Shown here: positions 1 to 17,069 of the stretch, one piece after another
Position numbering within the stretch: the stretch's first letter is position 1
Layout: the number at the start of each line of letters is the position of its first letter
NCBI GenBank assembly: GCA_964016885.1
Contig: OZ024741.1
Location: forward strand, 270,630,001 to 270,694,000
Length of the DNA stretch: 64,000 bases
DNA from: Eledone cirrhosa
Lineage: Eukaryota
Direction of reading: 5' to 3'
The notes under the pieces: model-generated
What the model saw: the letters and a program-made list of their open reading frames with translations, nothing else
Told to the model about the DNA's origin: nothing
Databases searched by the model: none
Position numbers and translations under genes: made by a program

Positions 1-260
1 GAGCCTAAATACACCTAGTAAATGAGTTAACCTGTTTATTTTATATTGTACCTTACGAACAATTGTTAACCTGAGTATCAGTCTTGGGTTTAACTGTGGC
101 TACCGTGGGTAGCCATAGTTAATAATGTACATACAAACTCTATCACCCCCAACTCCCCCCCCCCCTCTCTCTCTCTCTCTTTATATATATATATATATAT
201 ATATATTATGAAATACTGTTGGCTTCTTGCTTGCTCACAATAATTTCTATATTTTCATTC

Positions 261-292
<32 letters not shown>

Positions 293-293
<1 letters not shown>

Positions 294-813
294 TTTCGTT
301 TCTGAATTTGTTTAGCAAGATTCTTTATCTGAAAACGTGTGTTGAAACCGATATTGTTATACTTTGGGAGGGTCATGTTGCCAATAAGAAACACATGCAC
401 CAGTCGCTTTCACTTCAATTTATTATAAATTAAATTTATAAATTTAAGAATTTATAAATTTCCAGTTTGTTGGTTGGTTCCACAACCGGACGGTTGTTCA
501 TATATTGTCAAAGTTCTTTCGTCACACATTCTGTGACCTCTTCAGTGACTGGGGATTCTTCTCAAGATGGCGTAGGACAGGACAAAGGAGAGGCACAAAA
601 CAAAGAGAAGAATCCCCAGTCACTGAAGAGGTCACAGAATGTGTGACGAAAGAACTTTGACAATATATGAACAACCGTCCGGTTGTGGAACCAACCAACC
701 AACCGGAAATTTATAAATTCTTAAATTTATTAAATTTAATTTATAATAAATTGGAGTGAAAGCAACTGGTGCGTGTGTTTCTTATTGACAACATGGCCCT
801 CCCAAAGTATAAC

Positions 814-818
<5 letters not shown>
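293..818. mobile_element. Fold-back (head-to-head) pair of Penelope-like pLTR fragments
   Basis: 293-562 matches the reverse complement of the pLTR at ~18935-19192 and 563-818 matches it directly. Flanked by (TA)n. Hammerhead-like motifs at 507-549 (-) and 619-661 (+). Confidence 0.85.
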
Positions 819-850
<32 letters not shown>

Positions 851-903
851 ATATTTAATATTATCAAAATATTAACAAAAATAGACATTCGTGTGATCAA
901 ATA

Positions 904-970
904 TATTTTATTATACATATTTCAGAGGTACTGAGCTATCTTCAACAGTACGTCCTCATCAGATAAAATA
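904..970 (-). ncRNA. Type I hammerhead ribozyme motif
   Basis: Minus strand: TATTTTAT-CTGATGA-ggacgtactg..cagtacctct-GAAA-tatgta-TA-ATAAAATA. 8-bp stem I, near-palindromic stem III. Confidence 0.75.
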
Positions 971-1074
971 AAATGATGCATGACATACCCTGACAGAAAA
1001 CCATCACTGTTGAGTGCTTCCAATCTATTGTAAAACTCATTCTTTGATTTATTCATTGAACATTGTTTAACCTT

Positions 1075-1116
<42 letters not shown>

Positions 1117-1256
1117 TAGATATATATGTGTATAATAATATTTATGATAATAAAGAATAGGGTTATTCTACTCGGTGTATTTTAACTCAATACTTTGGTA
1201 GGATCAAGCAGAGCCAATATATAAGTTATATATATATATGTACATATATATATGTT

Positions 1257-1287
<31 letters not shown>

Positions 1288-1401
1288 CTGCGTGTGTGTG
1301 CATGTCTGTATATATATATATATATATATTTATATATACACACACATATATATATAAATATACACACATATTTACATATATAATGCATATACTTATTTGT
1401 T

Positions 1402-1479
<78 letters not shown>

Positions 1480-1575
1480 GTATGTATATATATATACAAG
1501 GGCGGTGCCGCATGGCTGGAACAGGTAAAATACTAAAGAGTATACACATATATATAAAAAAAATGTATCACCCTA

Positions 1576-1935
1576 TATGGCTGAATACAATAAATGTAAT
1601 CTGAGTTTTTCGAATATTAATAATAATATTCGATTCGTTTGCAATTATGCAAACAAGCCTCATTTTTAAAGCCACGTTAGTAGAATGAGCCTCTCATTTT
1701 TGCTCTTATGTTGGCATGTGAACAGAACCGCAGAGACTAATGTTTCTGGGTATCACCCTTCATCAGTACAACTCAGTGTTCACCTGCCAAACTGTCAGAG
1801 CTAGTGAAAATATATGCTCTTTTCAAAAATACACAGTGACTGATTGGCCTGATTTGCATATTAGCAGACTGGCTGATCAGTCAGATCTGCATATTAGCAG
1901 ATCCACTGATCAATCAAATTTGCATATCAGCTGGG
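1576..1935 (-). mobile_element. Non-coding hammerhead-bearing element, family A
   Basis: Homologous to 13235-13440, 19944-20370 and 38485-38735. Hammerhead at 1725-1774 (-), 33-bp octamer-containing repeats at ~1850-1930. Confidence 0.75.
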
Positions 1936-2029
1936 ATAATTTCTGGCCTTGTGCCAAAAGTAGAAACAATTATTATTCCTTCATTTGTATAGTGACGATC
2001 TTATTAACACCGGATCATTTGTGTCTTTA

Positions 2030-2410
2030 TCAAGGTATGTAACCTATGATAGTATATTCTGCTGGGTGTTTGCTGTTCCACAAAGAGTTGTATTTTGTAA
2101 TGTCGTAATGCTCCGACTATTTCCAATCGTATCAAGGTTTTTTTTAAATGTTTTTTTCTGTCACCGACCCAATTGCTCCAATCATAATTTGTACCATTCT
2201 TGCTTTCATATTCTACATTTTCATGTCATCCATTTTCATTTCCATTTTATGATCTTCTCATGTTCTTTACTATTGATACAATGGCCTCTTGAACAAGCTA
2301 CATCGATCAACAAACACCATCTTTCGGTACCCTTCTCCACCAAAGTTATATCTGTCTCGATTGTAAAGTCTTACAAGTATTTCAGTCTGATTTTCTAGGA
2401 CCTTCTCTGA
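2030..2410 (-). pseudogene. Degenerate non-LTR retrotransposon restriction-like endonuclease (RLE) C-terminus
   Basis: Minus-strand peptides CLLIDVAC and VQIMIGAIGSV are typical of the RLE domain. Confidence 0.6.
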
Positions 2411-2436
2411 TTTGTGCTGATACTATTTCTCAGGGG

Positions 2437-2474
<38 letters not shown>

Positions 2475-2710
2475 CAGTTCACACCTATGTAGGTTTAGCT
2501 GGCCTCCTCCAAAGTATATCTCGTTGGAGGTGTCTTGGGTGATTTAATGATAGGGACCCCAGTCCTATTATCTCGTTTCTACAGCTGAGTAAACTAGAGC
2601 AACGTGAAATAAAGTGTCTTGCTCAAGGAAACAACACATCACCCGGTCCGAGAATTGAACTCACAACCTTTCGATTGCAAGGCCAGTGCTCTAACCACTA
2701 AGCCATGAGC
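2475..2710 (-). mobile_element. tRNA-derived SINE, family 2
   Basis: Minus-strand A-box TGGCTTAGTGGTTAGAGC and B-box GAGTTCAATTC. Core shared with 14112-14395 and 54065-54620. Confidence 0.7.
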
Positions 2711-2714
2711 CTTC

Positions 2715-2905
2715 TCGGGGGTTGGGAACCCATATTTCTTGCAAAAAGCCCAGTGAAGGTATAGACACACATTATTGTGATGGTTCTTATATTCCCTCTG
2801 CGAAAATATATTACAGTCACCCACGATGTGTGTCACACTTTCTACCTTCTTCTCACAAAACCTGCCCTTATTTGTTTCATCTGGATTATATATATTCTTC
2901 ATCGC
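2715..2905 (-). pseudogene. RLE-type LINE zinc-knuckle fragment
   Basis: Translation RFCEKKVESVTHIVGDC..YKNHHNNVCLYLHW (CCHC knuckle plus RH-like motif). Confidence 0.65.
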
Positions 2906-2908
2906 AGA

Positions 2909-3232
2909 GGATTGGCAGTATCGGTAGAGCGTTGGACAACATGCTTCGCAGCATAGAGTTACGGCTCTTTACGTTCTGATCTCAAATCTCAGCGAGGATA
3001 GCTTTGCCTTTCATCCTTACGGGGTCGATAAAATGAAGTACAAGTAACGCACTCGGGTCGATTTAATCGACCCCCCCCCCCCCCCCAAAAAAAAATTGTT
3101 GGTGGTCTTGTGCCTAAATCAGAAATCATTATTTTTTAACTTTGCCTTTCATCCTTAACGGGTCGATAAAATAAAGTACCAGTAATACACTGGAATAATT
3201 GCTGGCCTTGTGCCAAAAGTAGAAACAATTAT
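2909..3232 (+). mobile_element. tRNA-derived SINE, family 1 (one full copy plus a partial tandem copy)
   Basis: TTGGCAGTATCGGTAGAGC head and CTTTGCCTTTCATCCTTACGGGGTCGATAAAATAAAGTACCAG core. More than 10 copies in the window. Confidence 0.8.
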
Positions 3233-3289
3233 TTTTATTATTATTTGACTATTTATCACTCCCAACTTTGGGCCAGTTATTTTAGGGAA

Positions 3290-4480
3290 TACCAAGCTAC
3301 AACTAGTAACCTAGGGTAACTTCAACATTTTCATATCATTCCTTGTCATTTCAATGCTGCTGGTAGTCCAGAACCTTTCTCAATATTTGGGCTGTTCCCA
3401 GTAGGCATGACTTCCGGAGCGTTTCGATTCCTTGAGTAAAGTCTATTTTTGACAGGTAATTTTCAAGGCTCTTTGTCACCATACCAAGAGCACCCCTGGA
3501 ACAATGCTAACTGTCTTCATTTCATTACTCCAGCATTTCAAAATCTCATATTTTCAATCAGTATAAACCCCTACTTTTTCCTTTTTTCGTTCAGTTCCGG
3601 TGTCAAAAGGGCACGATACATCTATGAGGGTACATTTTCTGTTCTTCTCAATTACAATACCTGGTCTGTTGTGGTCAATCTTTATATCTGTCTGAATTGG
3701 GAAGTCTCATAAAAACTTTATCTTATCTTTCTCTAGCACTCTCATCTCATTCGTGACACCATGTTCATAGCTTTTTTCATATCCATACTTTTTACACAAT
3801 TTCCAGTGCAACACGGTAGCTACCTTATCATATCTGCCTTTCACATAATCATTCTGGGATAGCTGCTTTCACTCTAAGATGATATGGGCAATTATCTCTG
3901 CTTCCTCCCCACAAATTCTGCATTACTGTTCTTGATCTTGCGCTGCTAATATAAGTCCTTCCGTTTCTTTCTTAATTAAGTTTTTCCGTATCCATAACGA
4001 AATATTTTTGCTATCACACACATCATCTGTTTCTTTAAGGTATACTAAATGCAGGGGCTTTTCATCAAATATTTTTTACACACCTCAGCAATGACAGTCT
4101 TTGTGTTATCTGAGTCTCTATTTTTCTCAAATATACCTTCCCTGACAACCTCCACTATAAGCTTTTCTTTATTTTTTTTTTATGTCGAAGCCCATACCAC
4201 TTTCTTCTATTTTGACAGCATCTTGTACACTCAGCAACCCCCAACCTCCCTTTTTTCTTTTCCAATACAGCCTGTCTGATTCACCTTGTGGGGGTATACA
4301 GACAGTGAGCAGTTTGCTTGTTCACTGATCAATTTCCTTCTACTCCACGTTTGTCCATTCTACTCTACCTACCCATACCTAATTAATGAAACAACTCTGG
4401 CATTTATTGCCAACACAATATTTCCACCATTCAAACTGGACTTGAGGATCGTCCTCAATCTTTCATTTTTTTGCTTTTTA
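3290..4480 (-). pseudogene. Degenerate R4/Dong-like RLE LINE, 3' part
   Basis: Minus-strand peptides KKETEGLILAAQDQ and CRICGEEAEIIAH, interrupted by stops and frameshifts. Confidence 0.7.
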
Positions 4481-5196
4481 CTTTACTAGAATTTTTTTCA
4501 ACACGCTGACGCGTATGTGTGTGTGTATATGTGTGTGCGTGTGTGTTTGTGCATATACATACATTTATATGTATGAGTATATAAATATAAACGTGCAAAC
4601 ACAGACACACTTACAAAAATACACACTCACAGACATACATTCACACAAATATACATATATTCACACATACATTTACGCAAACACACACATACATTTACGC
4701 AAACACACACATACATTCACACAAACACACACATACACTCACACACAACGTAGCAAATGGAACGCCAGCCGCTGTTTTGCTATAGTTTTTTCACCATCCC
4801 CTTCCTTCCTCTTACACACACATACATTCACATAAACACACAGACTGTGTGACAGACGGACGGAAGTCACTCAAATTTATATATGGCTTTGTAGCACACC
4901 TAGATATGTATACGCCTCGTCTGTTTCCAGTGACTTGATTCAATCCCTCATCAACATTTTCAAGTTTCACTTGGAAAGGAAGGTGAGGGTGGAGAGAAAA
5001 GTGCTGCTCTCCAGGACATTTGCTAAAAGGTGGGTGAATGTGACGAGAATGGCCCGTGTAAACAGGCCTACTTTGAGCATGCGCCTGTAGGCTGGTTGAT
5101 TTGAGGGGGAGAGAGGCTCCCTTCCTGAGTGTCATTGAAGCGTCAGGTTGTTCCGGATTTTGTACCAAAAGTAGAAATAATAATTATTATTATTAT

Positions 5197-5388
5197 TGGC
5201 AGTATCGGTAGAGCGTCGGACAACATGCTTCGCAGCATAGTGTTACAGCTGTTTATATTCTGAGTTCAAATCTCGTCGAGGGTAGCTTTGCCTTTCATCC
5301 TTACGGGGTTGTTAAAATAAAGTACCAGCCGTGCACTGAGGGGAGGGGGATTTAATCGACTTTCCCCTCCCTGTGCCTGTATCAGAAA
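5197..5388 (+). mobile_element. SINE family 1 copy
   Basis: Same head and core as 2909-3130. Confidence 0.75.
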
Positions 5389-5490
5389 CCGCAGCCACCT
5401 AGTTGACCCACCACAAAAACTACTGGTCACACTCGCTGCAACCATCCTGCCAAGGACACATTATCAGCCCCACCACAACCAGGTGGATGA

Positions 5491-7370
<1,880 letters not shown>

Positions 7371-7371
7371 A

Positions 7372-7825
7372 AGGGCAAAGGAGCTCTTAAGAGTCAATGG
7401 CCATCCAAAATCACCGGGAGAGATGACCCCTTAGCCTTTGTCAAGGCAGAATTCTAGGAGAAGGAAAACTCTGATATAACACCTGCAACCCTGATGGTAT
7501 CCAATGATGTTGACTTGTTCTTCTTTTTGGTAAATATCATCTTGGTTAAGAGAGTGGGACTGGCTTTGTGCAGTGCCTTTGCTCACTATAAAAGCTTCAC
7601 GGCACAGGCATTGCTTTATATCTGGAGATCTCTCTGCACTTGTCCTCACATGGTACCATGGGCCCAGCACTATGTGTCAGTAATTGTCACAAGTGTAGTG
7701 TTTGTACCAGAGTTTTCAAGTCGCTGGCTGGACTAAAAAGTCACACTCGTTCAGCGCATCGGTAGGGGTTCTCCTACATGGATATAAAGTAGTGGCCGTA
7801 CTCGAAAACGAGTTGGCAGCCACCA
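7372..7825 (-). mobile_element. ~450-bp dispersed element in (TA)n, inverted copy at 58312-58757
   Basis: Near-identical reverse complement at 58312-58757. The peptide CREAFIV..SLNQD weakly resembles a GIY-YIG C-terminus. Confidence 0.6.
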
Positions 7826-10547
<2,722 letters not shown>

Positions 10548-10613
10548 AATAATTTCTAGTTGATATAAATGCTCGAATCTATTCATTGGAATCTTTGAGC
10601 ATATTCTACAGTG

Positions 10614-10992
10614 GATATGGCGCATGTCTCTCAGACATGACACCCTTAATTTAATTTTGTATATATATACGGCCCCTTAATGGTAGAGCTAACTCAATTG
10701 AAAGGACTCGGCTGCTATTTCTAGCTGTCGATAATCCTATTCACGCCAATGGGATGACGCTGGTACGATGTGTGTATTAAAAAAAAATGCAACACGTGCT
10801 TCGAGTCATTCACAGATTTGTATTTGCCGTGTAAACAAAGATAGTTAAATCTTTTCCTTTGCTGAAAATCCAGGATTTGACTACTGTGAAATATATTTCT
10901 TTATTTAATGAAATATATACAAAGGAGATTAATCATTTTAAAAGATATCTATAGATATGGCGCATGTCTCTCAGACATGACACCCTTAATTT

Positions 10993-11000
<8 letters not shown>
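10614..11000 (+). mobile_element. ~340-bp unit with terminal direct repeats and a degenerate hammerhead
   Basis: GATATGGCGCATGTCTCTCAGACATGACACCCTTAATT at 10614 and 10954. TCCTTTG-CTGAAAA..GAAA-tata-TA-CAAAGGA at 10855-10926. Confidence 0.55.
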
Positions 11001-11035
<35 letters not shown>

Positions 11036-11139
11036 CTTTCTCTAGTTTGTGTATATGTAAATCTTTATATTTGATAATCTCCCATATGGTTGAGATGCAA
11101 TTTAGGCAATATTAGGCTGCGCTTTCTAGCAACCAGCCC

Positions 11140-11262
11140 ACTCGCCGTAAGGCACCAATCACATTCTTTCTGACTTGACCACTGTCACGTCACAGTTCTT
11201 AGCCATTTTGAATTCGTTTCTGGCGGGGATCATTTAAGAAAAATCTTCGTCCAAGTGAGTTT
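11140..11262 (+). promoter_or_regulatory. Candidate host promoter and first non-coding exon
   Basis: Unique, relatively CpG-rich stretch with CCAAT (11155), TCACGTCA (11185), YY1-like GCCATTTT (11202) and donor-like AA|GTGAGT (11255). Confidence 0.35.
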
Positions 11263-11640
11263 GTTTCCCGATGATTTCGAAGCTCGTGAATTTATCCTTA
11301 ATCGGATATTTCCAAAAGCGAATGAAATCCCATGGGGTAGAAACGTAATTTTGATATGTTTATATACATTTTTTCTTCTAACTTTGATTTTATACATAAT
11401 TGTGTATAGTTGACGATATATTTAATCGATTCCCACGTGCTATTGGAAATGCTGGGTAAATATTCTATGGCTGTTGATCGCGAATAGATAGCTGTCGTTT
11501 ATTTATCTATTATTTCTTCATGGGTGTCTTTTAATCTTATAGCCTGGTTTAATTGGGGTTTTTTTTTGTGTGGTTGATTGTGCTGATTGGAAGAGGAAAT
11601 GGTGTATATATTTTATCAAATGATTCTATGGACATACTTT

Positions 11641-11699
<59 letters not shown>

Positions 11700-11705
<6 letters not shown>

Positions 11706-12435
11706 AAAATGGAGAGCTGCGTGGTTGCACATGGGTTACATATGAATAAAATTAGTCCTTCATCAGTGATCTTCCAACTTTCATTGGTATTTCATCGCTT
11801 TAAAAATCATATACCTCTAGTTGGTGCGAGCAATAACTATATAAAGTTATTGGGACAAGTAAAATAGCGTGAAACGAGCGAGACATGTAAACACACAAAG
11901 ATGGTATTGCAACGGAAAGATAGGAAGAAACATGTACATGATATCTGTAAGCTTAAGCTTGGTGAATTCATGGACGGGAGATACAGACTATCCGACATGG
12001 GTGAGATGTGAACGAGAAAAGGATTTCACACAGGTCAAACGGGAGGAAGTGAGAAAGGGGGAGAAGTAGAGAGTGAGTAAGTGGAAGTGTGAGGAAGAGA
12101 CCAGCCGAGAGAGAGTGTGACTGGCAGAGGGGGTAAAAAGAAGGTGAGAGATACAGAGAGAGGGGAAGCAGTAAGAAAGAAACAGACAATCGCAGCTGAG
12201 GAAAAAATATAAATATGAGAAAATGGAGAGCTGCGTGGTTGCACATGGGTTACATATGAATAAAATTAGTCCTTCATCAGTGATCTTCCAACTTTCATTG
12301 GTATTTCATCGCTTTAAAAATCATAACCTCTGGTTGGTGCGAGCAATAACTAAATAAAGTTATTGGGACAAGTAAAATAGGGTGAAACGAGCGAGACATG
12401 TAAACAAACAAAGATGGTATTGCAACGGAAAGATA
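11700..12435. repeat. Direct duplication (~230 bp, spacing ~515 bp) between TA tracts
   Basis: 11700-11935 is nearly identical to 12215-12435. Confidence 0.85.
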
Positions 12436-12450
12436 TTTATATATATATAA

Positions 12451-12517
<67 letters not shown>

Positions 12518-12536
12518 AATATATATATATATAAAT

Positions 12537-12573
<37 letters not shown>

Positions 12574-12596
12574 GTCAATCGTCTTTCGTCAAACTT

Positions 12597-12663
<67 letters not shown>

Positions 12664-13029
12664 CTACATACATATCCTTGTAAAATGTAGAAACCTCAAA
12701 CGCAGCATATAACTGTTAACACAGTCGATTGCAGCAAATGGTAGTTAAGAATAGCGGATAAAATACCTCTATTGATGAAAAAGTGGTCAACAGCTAGTTC
12801 AATTTTTCGTAGCGGCTGCCGGCCAAATTTTTCCGTCTATAGGGATATTATACCTGATTTTCTAAGCTATCATTTGCAGCATTTGATTGTGTTTACAGTT
12901 CTATTTTGCGTTTGAGATTTCTGCACTCTCTAAGAATTTCAATCAACGCTCTGATAGTTTATTTTCGATATTCTACATACATACATACATACATACATAC
13001 ATACATACATACATACACTTACACACGCA

Positions 13030-13101
<72 letters not shown>

Positions 13102-13234
13102 CATACATATAAACACACACATGTATATACTACCCCAAGTATCGAGTACTTTGGTGCGTTATGGTCTACCTGGTATCTTGCCACACCCTCTATGATATAT
13201 ATATATATACACATATATATATATATATATAAAT

Positions 13235-13435
13235 TTGTTGGCAGGTGAACAGTGTGCTGTACTGATGAAGGGTGATACCCAATAACATTAGTGTCTGCAG
13301 TTCTGTTTACATGCCAACACAAGAACAAGAATGAAGGGTTCATATTACTGACATGGCTTTAAAAATGAGGCTTGTTTGCATAATTGCAAACGAATCGAAT
13401 GTTATTATTAATATTCGAAAAACTCAGATTACATT

Positions 13436-13440
<5 letters not shown>
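13235..13440 (+). mobile_element. Family A element, truncated, hammerhead GAAA mutated
   Basis: CTGATGA at 13262 with stem II GGGT/ACCC, but GAAA is replaced by ATAA. 3' hairpins present. Confidence 0.7.
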
Positions 13441-13485
<45 letters not shown>

Positions 13486-13966
13486 AATGTGCACAGGGTA
13501 AAAAAAAAAACGAAATACGTGGGAACAACAAAAGCATCTAACTTCTTCAGCTACTACTTAGGAAATGAAGTTTCGTGCATAAAAGTGATATTGCATAACA
13601 TTGATCCCAGGCTGCACGACGGCTTAGAACAAGCCACTGGAGTGATACATATGAGACAACACAACTTAGGGAACTTAGGGAACAAGTGAGTAGCTTCTAA
13701 TTAGTGTAGCAAAGCGAGTATGTAAACAGATAACAATAAAATGTCTTACAACTGGAAACATGACAGGATACGGTAGAGACATGTTGTGTAAATGGTAACG
13801 ATGGAAGGAGGTAGACATAAATAGACTTTCGTCAAAAAAGAAATGTGTGTAAGAGAGGGAAAGGGGAGAAAGAGAGAGATGGTGGGAGAGATAGATAGAT
13901 AGAGAGACAGAAAAAGAGAGAGAGGGAAAGCGAGAGAGAGAGAAAGAGATAGGGAAATAGAAAGAA

Positions 13967-14021
<55 letters not shown>

Positions 14022-14111
14022 TACAAAATAAAATGAAATTAATTTACACAAAATGACTTATAGTTTTAAAAAGATGTCTCGCAGAAGTAATTGTCACAAT
14101 TATATCAAAGT

Positions 14112-14395
14112 CTAAAGTCTGTCTTAAGCCAGAAGTCTCATTAGGCCGGTGCTTATCCCGGTTTCATGGCGTGAAGCGACGAAGAGTACAAGACTCCCCC
14201 CTGGACAGGACGCCAGTCCATCGCAGAGTTAAACTCCCAGCTATTGTTGGTACGCATTTTCAGCTGAGTATACTGGAGCAACGTGAAATGAAGTGTTTTT
14301 CTCAAGAACACAACATACAACCCAGTCCAGGAATGGTGCCCATGACAACATGATCGTAAGTATAAGACCCTTACCAATAAGCCATGCGCCTCCTC
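14112..14395 (-). mobile_element. SINE family 2
   Basis: Reverse complement of the 54065-54620 copies, tRNA-like head. Confidence 0.75.
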
Positions 14396-14740
14396 ATGAA
14401 TTTATTATATACAAGTCATTCTTTTTAACCTGGTATAATGTTTGCATTTTTTATTAAAGATGAAAACTGAAATTTTATTCAAATTAAACTCACAAAGTTG
14501 GCTTAGAAACCATTGATAATTACATAGATATGATAAAGAAAGATCTTCTCCTTCTTCTTCTTCTTCCCCCCCCCCTTATTCCTGAGATGATCGTGGGAGT
14601 AGAGTCCTCAGCACTCCTTCCAAGAGTCCTGTTGAAAGCAACCGTCTCCATCTGATCCGCCTAGATCCACAAGCAAGATCAGCCAAGCTCACGAAAAAGA
14701 TATACACAAAATTAAGTAGCGAGAAATAAATAAGGAGGAA

Positions 14741-15818
14741 GAGGTAAAGAAGGGCAGATCTGGCTGTATGGGATTTTACAGGGGGTAAAGAAGGGCAGAT
14801 CTGGCTGTATGGGATGTTACAGGGGGTAAAGAAGGGCAGATCTGGCTGTATGGGATGTTACAGGAGGTAAAGAAGGGCAGATCTGGCTGTATGGGATGTT
14901 ACAGGAGGTAAAGAAGGGCAGATCTGGCTGTATGGGATTTTACAGGGGGTAAAGAAGGGCAGATCTGGCTGTATGGGATGTTACAGGGGGTAAAGAAGGG
15001 CAGATCTGGCTGTATGGGATGTTACAGGGGGTAAAGAAGGGCAGATCTGGCTGTATGGGATGTTACAGGGGGTAAAGAAGGGCAGATCTGGCTGTATGGG
15101 ATGTTACAGGAGGTAAAGAAGGGCAGATCTGGCTGTATGGGATGTTACAGGGGGTAAAGAAGTGCAGATCTGGCTGTATGGGATGTTACAGGGGGTAAAG
15201 AAGGGCAGATCTGGCTGTATGGGATGTTACAGGAGGTAAAGAAGGGCAGATCTGGCTGTATGGGATGTTACAGGGGGTAAAGAAGGGCAGATCTGGCTGT
15301 ATGGGATGTTACAGGGGGTAAAGAAGGGCAGATCTGGCTGTATGGGATGTTACAGGGGGTAAAGAAGGGCAGATCTGGCTGTATGGGATGTTACAGGGGG
15401 TAAAGAAGGGCAGATCTGGCTGTATGGGATGTTACAGGGGGTAAAGAAGGGCAGATCTGGCTGTATGGGATGTTACAGGAGGTAAAGAAGGGCAGATCTG
15501 GCTGTATGGGATGTTACAGGGGGTAAAGAAGGGCAGATCTGGCTGTATGGGATGTTACAGGAGGTAAAGAAGTGCAGATCTGGCTGTATGGGATGTTACA
15601 GGAGGTAAAGAAGGGCAGATCTGGCTGTATGGGATGTTACAGGGGGTAAAGAAGGGCAGATCTGGCTGTATGAGATGTTACAGGGGGTAAAGAAGGGCAG
15701 ATCTGGCTGTATGGGATGTTACAGGAGGTAAAGAAGGGCAGATCTGGCTGTATGGGATGTTACAGGGGGTAAAGAAGGGCAGATCTGGCTGTATGAGATG
15801 TTACAGGAGGTAAAGAAG
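14741..15818. repeat. 41-bp minisatellite, ~26 copies
   Basis: Unit GGTAAAGAAGGGCAGATCTGGCTGTATGGGATGTTACAGGG, period 41 (14745 to 14786). Confidence 0.95.
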
Positions 15819-15949
15819 GAGGTATGGGCTGTTACACACGTCAACCTTTATATGTTAGAATGAATATTAAGTTATATAAATGACATGTAAAGTTGTTGTT
15901 TTTGTAATTTTGAGACGATCCTTACAGAAACATCCGAACCGATGAATAG

Positions 15950-15981
<32 letters not shown>

Positions 15982-15984
<3 letters not shown>

Positions 15985-16959
15985 TAGCAGCAGTACCCAG
16001 CGTTGCCTGGGTAGGTAAAATAATATCTGCTTTGATGAAAAGGTGTTGATCTTAGCGACTGCTTCTCGATGACTCATCTATGGCCACACACAGGCCATGC
16101 GGGGTAGGGTGGTGATGACCTCTATCACTGAGAAACGCGGGTGACTGACGAAGGGGCATGCTGGAGGAGGGAGGTAATGACCTCTAACACTAAGCCAAAT
16201 TTCCTCACGCTACTTGATTGGCAACCGATGAATTCTCAAATACACAACTAAAAGCTCAGACGACGTCAGTGGCCATCGTTTTGCCTTTGACCATCTATAA
16301 GATGTGCCATGATAGGTTTTATCGTAGTATAAAAGTTGAACCAAATAAATTGATTTATGTATGAGGTGGAGCCGAAGTTTCGAATTTGAACGAAATCGGT
16401 TGAAAAATGTGGGAGCTAGAGCCGAAAGTGTGGAAATTTGAGCGAAAAGGTGGTATTTTCGAATATTTAAGCGGCTGCCACGCTGTTCCTGAACAAAAAA
16501 ATCCAAAATGTAAAGCCACTTTAAGACGTGAAATAATCAGATCTAGCGTAGTGTAAAATTTGAACAAACTAGGTTGATTAATGTGTGAGCTAGAGCCGAA
16601 AAAGTGGAAATTTGAGTCTAAAATTGGTAGTTTTGAATATTGAAGCGGCTGCCACGCCGTCCCTGAAGAACAAATGCAAAATATAAAGCCATTACAGGAT
16701 GTGCAATGATAAATTCTATTTTGCTTTAAAATTTGAATGAAATCGGTGGCAAAATGTGGGAGCTAGAGCCAAAAGTCTTATTTTTCGATACCTAAAAAAA
16801 GGTGACACCCCCCCCCCCCCCTATCGATTTTTATCTGCAGAATGACCCCGGAATAAAAAAAATGATACGCTGATATATAGAAAACACTTCCCGATGACTA
16901 ATCTATGAGCCTGTAAAGTTTCATGAAAATCGGTCGTAAGATGTAGGCCCCTATAGGTA

Positions 16960-17005
<46 letters not shown>
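15982..17005 (+). mobile_element. Non-autonomous Helentron/DINE-1-like element
   Basis: Starts ACTAGCAG followed by the hairpin TACCCAG-cgttgc-CTGGGTA, has internal subrepeats and a (CA)n end. Same start as 45643. Confidence 0.55.
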
Positions 17006-17057
<52 letters not shown>

Positions 17058-17069
17058 GTATATATATAT

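Noticed and set aside
11755-11770. CTGATGA on minus strand (also 12275, 37487; 35750 on plus)
   Set aside because: No correctly placed GAAA-stem III-UH with a closing stem I, so not counted as hammerheads.
14741-15818. CRISPR-like arrays (also 42430-42760 and 49058-49795)
   Set aside because: Head-to-tail repeats with no unique spacers and no cas genes, in a eukaryotic context.
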